Source: Myxococcota bacterium (GTDB taxonomy: Bacteria > Myxococcota_A > UBA9042 > PHBI01 > JAWLBL01). From it: a DNA stretch of 64,000 nucleotides. The stretch is taken from assembly GCA_041687695.1 (NCBI GenBank), contig JAWLBL010000003.1, forward strand, positions 55,660-119,659, given 5' to 3'. The notes below the pieces were generated by a model. It was not told the DNA's origin, ran no database searches, and saw nothing but the letters and a program-made list of their open reading frames with translations. Position numbers and translations under genes: made by a program. Below are positions 56,982 to 64,000 of this stretch, one piece after another. The stretch's first letter is position 1. The number at the start of each line of letters is the position of its first letter.

Positions 56982-58976
56982 TCAGCGCGGCCGAATCAAG
57001 TCGAAGTACCGCCGCACGTACTGCCGCTGCCCGGCCGGGATGCGCTGCTCCTCGAGCCGCTCCTCGACCACCCCGCTGTAGTCCTGATGGACCTCGCGCC
57101 ACTGCCGCGTCGCGAACCCCTTCTTCGCCGCCGTGAACACCACCCGGCTCTGGCTCGCCCCCGCGCCCTCGCGCCCGGCCACGAACCCGTCCTTGGTCTT
57201 CACGTCGTTGTCCGTCTTGTCGCCCAGCACCCGCGGGTCGTGCCCGGTCCCGACCCCGGACCCCGGCTGCTCGCCGTCGCCCCCGTCGCCGCCGCTCGCC
57301 GGCCGCGCCCCGCCCGGCCGCCCCCCCGGCGCCGCCCCCGGCCCCAGCAGCAGCATGTCGCCGCCCTTGCCCTTGCCCTCGCTCAGCATGGTGATCGGGT
57401 CCTGGCCGCCCCCCTCCTCGCAGGCGCCGCCGTCCTGCCCTTGCGACCCGCTCTGGCCCTTCTGGCCGGCCTTCTGCCCGCCGCTCTTGCCCTCCGGGCC
57501 GTCCTGCCCGCCCTTGGCCACCTGCTCGAACCGCTTCATCTTCCCGCCGGGCCCGTCCTCGCCGCTCTGCCCGTCGCCGCCCTGCTGCCCGGCCCGCCGC
57601 AGCATCTCCTTGATGTCGACCATCCGGCCCTCGGCCGCCCGCATCTGCTGCCGCCCCTGCTGCTGCTCGGCCATCCGCCGCAGCATCTCGGCCGCCTTGC
57701 GCATCGCCTCGGCCGTCTGCGCGTCCAGGCCCTGCCCGCGCTGGCTCAGCTGCTCGGCCGACCGCCCGGTCTCGCGCTGCAGCCGCTCCAGCGTCCGCCG
57801 CGCCTCGCTCTGCGCCGCCTGCTCGCGCTCGAGCCGCTCCAGCTCCCGCCGGTTCTTGTCCAGCCGGCTCCGGTCCCGCGGGCTCAGCCGCTCGCCCAGC
57901 CGCTGCTCCTTCTTCTTGAGCCGGCTCTGGTCCTTCTTCAGGCGCTCCTGCTCGCGCTGCCGCTCGCTCTCGAGCGACCGCGACAGCTGCTCCATCTCCC
58001 GCGCCAGCGCCTTGCGCTCCTTGTCGCTCATCGGCTCGCGGCCCTTGGCCTCGACCTTGTCGGCCAGCCGCTCCAGCTCCCGCGCCGCGTCCTTCCACGC
58101 CTGCTCCCGCAGCGCCTGCAGCGCCCCGTCCAGCGGCTTGTCGCCCCGCCGCTTGCCCAGCTGCTGCTCGGCGGCTCGGCTCACCTGCGCGGCGGTCTCC
58201 TCGAAGCCCTCGCCGACCTCCTCGGCCCACTCCTGCCGCGCCTTGTCCAGCGCCGCCATCTTCGCGTGGGCCTCCCGCGCGCTCAGCTTGCCCTCCTGCA
58301 GCGCCCGGATGAGGTCGTTCAGCTCGGCCAGAAAGCCCTTGGCCCGCGGATCGCTGGTCACGGCCAGCACCTCGGCCAGCTTCTCGGCCTCCTCCTCCAG
58401 CCGCTCCTTGTCCTCTTCGACCAGCTGCGGCCGCGCCCGCGCCGCCATCGGCGCCATCGTCAGCGGCCGCAGCGCCCGCCCCTCGTCCTCGCCGACCGTC
58501 CAGGTCATCGCGACCGCGCCACCCAGCGACAGCCCCGAGACCGCCAGCCAGCCCAGATAGGCCGGCACCAGCCACGGCGCCGCCAGCTTGGGGCTGGCCA
58601 GCGTCACCACCTTCGCCGCGTCCTCGATGGCGGCTCTCTGAAACGCCGTCGGGCTCGCCTCGCGCGAAAAAGCCAGCGCCGACCCCAGCCGGTCGTGCAG
58701 CCCGCCCGCCGCGTCCAGCCGCGCGGCCGCCTCGATGTCGTCGACCCGCCGCAACAGCCCGCTGATGAAGGCCAGCCCCGCCAACCCCGCGGCCCCCATC
58801 GCGATGGGCCCGAACCGCGCGACCTCCAGCAGCTGCGTCTTGACCAGCACCGCGGCCACGGCGACCACCGCCAGCCCGACGGCCCCGGCGACCACCAGCC
58901 GCTGCGTCCCGGTCTGCAGCCGAAGCCGCCAGCGCACGCGCGCCGCCAGCCTTCGAATCTGCTGCAAGTGCTGCAT
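56982..58976 (-). CDS. Membrane-anchored coiled-coil protein (MoxR-operon type)
   Basis: N-terminal TMs, LHDRLGSAL, a long Q/E/K/R coiled coil, a Gly-rich tail and IPAGQRQYVRRYF. Confidence 0.8.
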   Translation of the reverse strand: MQHLQQIRRLAARVRWRLRLQTGTQRLVVAGAVGLAVVAVAAVLVKTQLLEVARFGPIAMGAAGLAGLAFISGLLRRVDDIEAAARLDAAGGLHDRLGSALAFSREASPTAFQRAAIEDAAKVVTLASPKLAAPWLVPAYLGWLAVSGLSLGGAVAMTWTVGEDEGRALRPLTMAPMAARARPQLVEEDKERLEEEAEKLAEVLAVTSDPRAKGFLAELNDLIRALQEGKLSAREAHAKMAALDKARQEWAEEVGEGFEETAAQVSRAAEQQLGKRRGDKPLDGALQALREQAWKDAARELERLADKVEAKGREPMSDKERKALAREMEQLSRSLESERQREQERLKKDQSRLKKKEQRLGERLSPRDRSRLDKNRRELERLEREQAAQSEARRTLERLQRETGRSAEQLSQRGQGLDAQTAEAMRKAAEMLRRMAEQQQGRQQMRAAEGRMVDIKEMLRRAGQQGGDGQSGEDGPGGKMKRFEQVAKGGQDGPEGKSGGQKAGQKGQSGSQGQDGGACEEGGGQDPITMLSEGKGKGGDMLLLGPGAAPGGRPGGARPASGGDGGDGEQPGSGVGTGHDPRVLGDKTDNDVKTKDGFVAGREGAGASQSRVVFTAAKKGFATRQWREVHQDYSGVVEERLEEQRIPAGQRQYVRRYFDLIRPR

Positions 58977-59115
58977 GCTCAGCCTCCGGACCGGCGCTCG
59001 CCGCCCAGTCCCCGCGCGTGGTCTCGGCCCAACGGACAGCCGCCGGCCCCGATTCCGCTCGCCACGATAGCAGGGCCCACGCCCCGAGAGCAGGAACGGG
59101 CCACCCCGCCCTCCG

Positions 59116-60258
59116 TCACGTCCCGACCTTCCCCGCCACGAACCCCGCCCCCAGCTCCTCCCGCGCCACGAACAAGTTGTGCGCCTGACAGACCACCCGA
59201 AGGTTCTCCACCGAGTGCGCCCCACCCCTCGCAAACGCCTCTACGTGATGCAGCTCCAGCCGCCTCGTCTCTCCACACCGCCCCCCCGGCCCCACGAAGG
59301 TGCACCGCAACCCATCCCGCGCCACCACGGCCCGCCGGATCGCGACCGGAATCGCCCGCCCGCGCCCACCGGCCTGCCCGGCCGTCTCTCCAGCCTGCTC
59401 GACCGACTCGCCGGCCTGCCCGACCGACGCTCCACCCTGCTCGACCGACTCGCCGGCCTGCTCGACCGACGCTCCGGCCTGCTCGACCGACTGCGGCGCC
59501 TTCCCCGCGCCCTTCCTGGCCTTCGGCCTGGCCCCCACCCCGAACCGCTGCTTCTTCTTCGCGGCCAGGAACACGTCCAGAGCCAGCTCCAGCAGCGTCT
59601 CGTAGTCCCCGGCCGCGACCTGATGCCCGGCGATCGCCATCGCCTCCTCCAGCTTGGCGGCGACCCGGGCCCCGATGGTGACCTGGACCCGATAACGAGC
59701 CTCCGAGAGCGGCTCGATCCGATGTTTGGGCCTGGGCCGCTCCAGCGACAGCTCCGTCGTCCCGGCCGACTCGACCCGCTTCGCCGCCCCGACCTCTCCG
59801 CCCCGGGGCGGAGGCGGCAACTTCACGACGCGCGCCGGCACGTCCGGCCGCGGGGACCACCTCGCCACCAGCTCGACCAATTCGCGCTTGCTCTTCCCGG
59901 CTGCCTCGGCCAGCCGCTCCGTGACGTTCCGCTCGCTCAAGTGCGGCCCGATGACTCGCAGGCCGCTCAGGCTGAGCCGCCCGTCGGCCAGCATCGCCCC
60001 CATCTCCGGCCACCGCCGCACCCACTCCACGGCCTTGACGTAGTTGTAGGCCTTGTCCTCGGCGAACCCCCACCGCGTCCGGCACCACTCGAAGAGCGAC
60101 GGGCTCCCGTCCCGCAAGTGCAGCTCCCGCCCGGCCACCTCGGCCAACAGTACGACCAGGTTGGCGGTCGTTCGTCGCTCCAGCGCCACCAGCTCACCGA
60201 ACCGCTCGACCAGCCCCTCGTCGGACAACTTCCCCAGCACTTCCAAGCCCTTGCTCAT
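59116..60258 (-). CDS. DUF222-like HNH endonuclease (probable selfish element gene)
   Basis: RAIPVAIRRAVVARDGLRC...RC...LELHH...GG...ENLRVVCQAHN. N-terminal LSDEGL...SLFEWC region. Confidence 0.88.
   Translation of the reverse strand: MSKGLEVLGKLSDEGLVERFGELVALERRTTANLVVLLAEVAGRELHLRDGSPSLFEWCRTRWGFAEDKAYNYVKAVEWVRRWPEMGAMLADGRLSLSGLRVIGPHLSERNVTERLAEAAGKSKRELVELVARWSPRPDVPARVVKLPPPPRGGEVGAAKRVESAGTTELSLERPRPKHRIEPLSEARYRVQVTIGARVAAKLEEAMAIAGHQVAAGDYETLLELALDVFLAAKKKQRFGVGARPKARKGAGKAPQSVEQAGASVEQAGESVEQGGASVGQAGESVEQAGETAGQAGGRGRAIPVAIRRAVVARDGLRCTFVGPGGRCGETRRLELHHVEAFARGGAHSVENLRVVCQAHNLFVAREELGAGFVAGKVGT
59370..59492. repeat. Intragenic 21-bp tandem repeat (~6 units) in HNH gene
   Basis: tgctcgaccgactcgccggcc-like units encode SVEQAG(A/E) heptads. 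Confidence 0.85.
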
Positions 60259-60285
60259 CCCGCAGCCCTCCCATTGACTGACGGC

Positions 60286-60294
60286 AGTATAGCA
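60286..60294 (-). promoter_or_regulatory. Extended -10 element for HNH gene
   Basis: Minus strand TGCTATACT (TGn-TATACT) 28 bp upstream of the ATG, followed by GGAGG. Confidence 0.5.
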
Positions 60295-60505
60295 CGGGGG
60301 GTCTCGCCCCTTCGCAGCGACCCCTGGACGGCCGTTCAGGCCCTCCGGACACCCCGCGACGACCCTTCCCCCTGATCAGCGCCGCCAGGACCCAACAGAG
60401 GCCCCTCCCAGCCCCCGTCCGACCCCGACCCCCGATCGGCCGCGGAAGGCCCCGAAAATCCGTCAACCACTATTTGCCTCTCCGCCCCCTCGCGATGTCG
60501 ATTTT

Positions 60506-60640
60506 CGCCCCGGGACGACGACCCGCCCCGGGACGTCGACCCGCTCTGGGAGTTCCGCCCCGGGGGCGGCGACCCGCTCGGGGAGTTCCGCCCCGGGGCG
60601 GCGACCCGCTCGGGGAGTTCCGCCCCGGGACGGCGGCCCG
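60506..60640. repeat. Tandem repeat, 3 x 32-33 bp plus shorter related units
   Basis: cgacccgctc(t/g)gggagttccgccccggg starts at 60537, 60570 and 60602. Confidence 0.88.
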
Positions 60641-60944
60641 GTCTGCTGCCCGCACCCTCTGACCCAGAAGCCTGGGCCTCCCTGCCTCGAAAGCGCCGGA
60701 ACCGTCGCGTCGGCGCAGCCGACGCCTCATCGCGGGGCTCGGGGGCGCAGCCCCCGTGGCGCGGTCCATAGCGCCGGCGTGGCCGGCGCGGTCCATAGCG
60801 GCCTGCGGCCGCGAACGGCACCGCGGCGTCTTGACCTCTCATAACCTCAGGCTATCACCCCCCCACGTGCCGCACCCCCGCCCACCTGCCGCACCCCCAC
60901 CCACCGCAGCGCCCCACCCCCAGTGCCCGCGCCGGGACGCGAAG

Positions 60945-61080
60945 CGGCCCGGAAGGCTCCCTTCCGGGCCGATATCAGCCCCCCAGCCGCAGCGAAGGCC
61001 GGGGTCAAGGGCTTTGTCGTCCGCGAGGAATTGGCCGGCCGCCAGGCCGGCCAAGGGGGACAAAGCCCTTGAGGCCGGCC
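60945..61080. repeat. Perfect and nested inverted repeats
   Basis: 12-bp stem cggcccggaagg/ccttccgggccg (60945-60971). 14-bp arms tcaagggctttgtc (61005-61018) and gacaaagcccttga (61059-61072) enclose ttggccggcc-gcca-ggccggccaa. Confidence 0.85.
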
Positions 61081-61148
61081 GAAGCGGAGGCTACCGACCC
61101 ACCCCCGCCTCCAGGCCTTCCCCCCCTCCAGGCCAGCCGCCCTCCGGC

Positions 61149-61648
61149 GATCCCAGGCCGCCGCCGCCCAGCATCACCGCCCTCCGGCCGGCTGGAAGAG
61201 GATGTCGCAAGCGGCCAACCGGAGTGCTCCACCTTGGTGGAGCCCCCATCCGGCGCAGCTTGCTGCGCCGGGTTTGGCGGCCAGATCCCGGCGGCAAGCC
61301 GCCGGGGCCGGGGCTCCGGCAAGCCGGAGCACTCCAAGGCCGCCTTCGGCGGCGTCATTGAGACACCCTCTGGCAGCCGCTGATCCCAGGCCGCCGCCGC
61401 CCAGCATCACCGCCCTCCGGCCGGCTGGAAGAGGATGTCGCAAGCGGCCAACCGGAGTGCTCCACCTTGGTGGAGCCCCCATCCGGCGCAGCTTGCTGCG
61501 CCGGGTTTGGCGGCCAGATCCCGGCGGCAAGCCGCCGGGGCCGGGGCTCCGGCAAGCCGGAGCACTCCAAGGCCGCCTTCGGCGGCGTCATCGAGACACC
61601 CTCTGGCAGCCGCTGATCCCAGCCCGCCGCCGCCCAGCCTCACCGCCC
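61149..61648. mobile_element. 233-bp tandem duplication of a MITE/REP-like palindromic element (2 full copies + partial third)
   Basis: Units start at 61149, 61382 and 61615. Each full unit holds a 191-bp core with 18/22 terminal inverted repeats and five internal hairpins. Confidence 0.7.
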
Positions 61649-61656
61649 CGCCCGAC

Positions 61657-64000
61657 CTACGGCGCCCCCGGCGGGCCGACGTCGAGCTCGAGCACCCGCT
61701 GGCCGCCGTAGAGCCACTGGTAGCGGGCCACCGAGCGGGTGACGCGCTTGGCGTAGCCGCGGGCCTCGTCGTAGGGGATGCGCTCGACGAACTCGTCCAG
61801 CTCGACGTCGCCGAAGGAGCGGCGCCACTTGTTCACCGCGCCGCCGCCCGCGTTGTAGCCGGCGCTGGCGAGGGGGAAGCTGGGGTGCTGGCGGAAGAGG
61901 TTGCCCAGGTACTTGGCGCCCAGCAGGATGGCGTTCTCGGGCTTCTTCAGGTTCTCGCGGGTCGGCTCGATGCCGGTGCCCTTGGACAGGAACTCGGCCG
62001 TGGGCAGGATGATCTGCATCAGGCCGATGGCGTTGGCCCAGGACTCGATGTTCGGGTTGAAGCCGGACTCCTCGCGCATGATGGCCCACAGCCACCAGGG
62101 CGAGATGTTGCGCTGGTCGGCGTTGGCCAGCACCAGATCGGCGTAGGGACGCGGGTGGGCCAGCTCCCACAGGCGGCGGTGGTGGTCCAGGGGCCAGTAG
62201 GCGCCGAAGCGGGGCTCCTCGGCGCGCGAGAGGGCGGTCGCCAGATCGTGGGCGCCGGCCAGGTCGTACAGGGCGATCTCGGTCCACACCCAGTCGCGGC
62301 GGGCGCCCTCGGCGGCGGCGCCGGCGCGGGGGGCGGCCTGCAGCTCGCGGCGGGCGCTGGTGCCCAGGCCCATGCGGGCCAGCTCGACCGCCTTGCGGAA
62401 GTGCTCGTCGCGCCACAGCGGCGCCGGGATGCGGGCCAGCGGGTCGGGCGGCAGGTCGGCCGAACGCATCGCCGCCTCGACCGCCTGGCGCGCCTCGGCC
62501 GGCGAGTCTTGGGCCAGCCGCGCGTGGGCAAGCAGGGTGTACCAGCTCAGCGGATACTCGCTGATGACCTGGCGCCACTGGCCCTTGGCCTCGTCCATGC
62601 GGCCCAGCTTCGCCAGCAGCCGCCCGCGCCAGTAGCGGGTGCGGCCCTCGGCCCGGTAGGAGACCTCGCGCGGCCGCAGCTCCAGCACGGTGGCCGTCAT
62701 CTCCAGCGCCTGCTCCGTCTGCCCCGCCTCGATGCGCGGCCAGATGAGCTGCCAGGACACGTCGTCGATCATGTCGCCGTCGGGCCAGCGGCGGATGGTC
62801 TCGACCAGCTGCTTGTCCGCCGCCGCGTCGTCGCCCCGCTTGCGGTAGACCTCGGCCAGCATCAGCGAGACGTCGTCGACCGTCGACCGCTCGGGGAACA
62901 GCTCGAGGTGCTTCTTGAGCAGCTCCTCGGCCTTGTCGAGCTGGCCGGCGCGCAGGCGGTTGCGCCCGCCCACGAAGGTGGCCAGCGCCAGCGGCTCGCC
63001 CTTGCACTCGAGCGCCCGCTCGAACCAGGGCCAGCCCTCGCTCGCCTTCTTCATCTTCTCGTAGGTGCGCCCGACCAGGATGAAGGCCTCGCACTCGCCG
63101 TACGACCCGTCCGGCAGGCGCTCGATGGCGGCCTTCAGCTCGGTCAGCGCGCTCTGGTGCTGCTGGGCGTCGTAGAAGGCCTTGCCGACCGCCAGCTGCT
63201 GCTCGGGCGAAAAGCCCGCGTCCTTGCCCAGGGCCGAACGCGCCGCCTTGCCGTCCGCCGTGGTCGCAAAGCGCACCGCCACCTCGCGCCGCGCCGCGCG
63301 GGCCCCCTCGGCGTCGCCCTTGGCCTCGAGCAGCGTCGCCAGCTGCGTGTAGGCGGGGATGCTGGCCCCCGGCGAGCGCTGGGTCGCGCCCCGCAGCACC
63401 GCGATGGCCTCGTCCTGTTTGTCCAGGCTCACCAGCGCCCGCGCGCGCAGCTCGCTGGCCCGCGCGTCCAGCCGCGAGTCGTTGGGGATGGTGGCCAGCA
63501 CCCGCGCCGCGTCGGCGTGCCGCTCGGCGCCCACGTAGGACGACCCGGCGTAGAACAGCGCGTAGTCGCTCATCAGCGGCCACTCGGCGGCCATCGCCTC
63601 GAGCTGCTCGGCGGCCGGCAGGAACTGGCCCGCGTCGTGGCGGGCGAGCAGGCCCATGAAGCGCGCCGGGCGGGCGCGCGGATCGTCGGGGCTGCCGGCG
63701 ACGAAGGCCTCGAACCGGTCGGCGGCCTGGGCGTTGCGGCCGGCCTGGAAGTCGGCCAGCGCCTCGGACAGGGGCGGGGCCTGGAAGTAGGGCTGCAGAT
63801 CGTGCACCGCCGGAGGGGCCGCCTCGGCGCTGGGCGTCGGCTGCACGGCGTCGGTGACCGCCGAGGGCGCGCGCGGCTCGGGGCGGGCGCCGGGGCGGTC
63901 GGCCTCGGTGGTCGCGGGCACGCGCGAGTCGGGGCCGGGATCGGGGGCCGAGCAGGCCGATACGGCCAGGGACAGCGCGAGGAAGCAGGGCAGGAGCTTT
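61657..64000 (-). CDS. slt: Soluble-lytic-transglycosylase (Slt70-like) TPR lipoprotein, start just outside window
   Basis: AIMREESGF, AIGLMQII, GAKYL, AGYNAG and EFVERIPYDEARGYAKRV. The frame stays open to the edge and reads KLLPCFLALSLAVSAC (lipobox). Confidence 0.92.
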   Translation of the reverse strand, partial: KLLPCFLALSLAVSACSAPDPGPDSRVPATTEADRPGARPEPRAPSAVTDAVQPTPSAEAAPPAVHDLQPYFQAPPLSEALADFQAGRNAQAADRFEAFVAGSPDDPRARPARFMGLLARHDAGQFLPAAEQLEAMAAEWPLMSDYALFYAGSSYVGAERHADAARVLATIPNDSRLDARASELRARALVSLDKQDEAIAVLRGATQRSPGASIPAYTQLATLLEAKGDAEGARAARREVAVRFATTADGKAARSALGKDAGFSPEQQLAVGKAFYDAQQHQSALTELKAAIERLPDGSYGECEAFILVGRTYEKMKKASEGWPWFERALECKGEPLALATFVGGRNRLRAGQLDKAEELLKKHLELFPERSTVDDVSLMLAEVYRKRGDDAAADKQLVETIRRWPDGDMIDDVSWQLIWPRIEAGQTEQALEMTATVLELRPREVSYRAEGRTRYWRGRLLAKLGRMDEAKGQWRQVISEYPLSWYTLLAHARLAQDSPAEARQAVEAAMRSADLPPDPLARIPAPLWRDEHFRKAVELARMGLGTSARRELQAAPRAGAAAEGARRDWVWTEIALYDLAGAHDLATALSRAEEPRFGAYWPLDHHRRLWELAHPRPYADLVLANADQRNISPWWLWAIMREESGFNPNIESWANAIGLMQIILPTAEFLSKGTGIEPTRENLKKPENAILLGAKYLGNLFRQHPSFPLASAGYNAGGGAVNKWRRSFGDVELDEFVERIPYDEARGYAKRVTRSVARYQWLYGGQRVLELDVGPPGAP

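Noticed and set aside
59116..60258. IscB/Cas9-like RNA-guided nuclease
   Set aside because: No PLMP or split RuvC motifs. The HNH is C-terminal, as in DUF222-type proteins.
60506..60640. Possible CRISPR array
   Set aside because: Units are directly tandem with no unique spacers, and no cas genes are in the window.
61149..61648. Possible CRISPR array or tRNA pair
   Set aside because: The segments between linkers are near-identical rather than unique spacers. No T-loop GTTCRA or tRNA-length cloverleaf is present.
60336..61711. Short ORFs in the HNH-slt intergenic region
   Set aside because: They are translations of repeats and palindromes with no coding-type codon bias or motifs.

Overview
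Very GC-rich bacterial DNA. The gene content (membrane Ser/Thr kinase, MXAN_5187-like C-terminal protein, secreted ferritin-like protein, Cys-rich lipoproteins, DUF222-type HNH gene) points to a myxobacterium-like organism; this is inference. About 48 real CDSs can be picked out from many GC-rich shadow ORFs. Main blocks, left to right: (1) an amino-sugar surface-modification module with an SDR dehydrogenase/decarboxylase fused to a PLP aminotransferase, a GT2 and a divergent GT-C-like membrane protein; (2) amidase, Uma2 nuclease, GH1 lipoprotein and kinase; (3) the most interesting part, a ~12 kb divergent, PKS/NRPS-free biosynthetic cluster with a B12-type radical SAM enzyme, two GH3 adenylating ligases, two GNAT-like proteins, a Rieske oxygenase, two membrane desaturases, a ferritin-like di-iron protein and a flanking alpha/beta hydrolase, which I propose makes a modified acyl-amide or lipid signal; (4) envelope and housekeeping genes (CapA, two flippases, NRAMP-like transporter, murB, double-AAA ATPase, lamin-tail and CotH proteins); (5) three secreted peptidoglycan-peptidase-like genes and a pair of glycine-zipper lipoproteins; (6) a MoxR-DUF58-VWA-VWA operon; (7) an HNH gene followed by a 1.4 kb hairpin-rich intergenic region with a 233-bp tandemly duplicated MITE/REP-like element; (8) an Slt-type lytic transglycosylase running off the right edge. 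No rRNA, tRNA, CRISPR array, transposase or integrase was recognised. All product calls come from motifs read by eye, not database searches.
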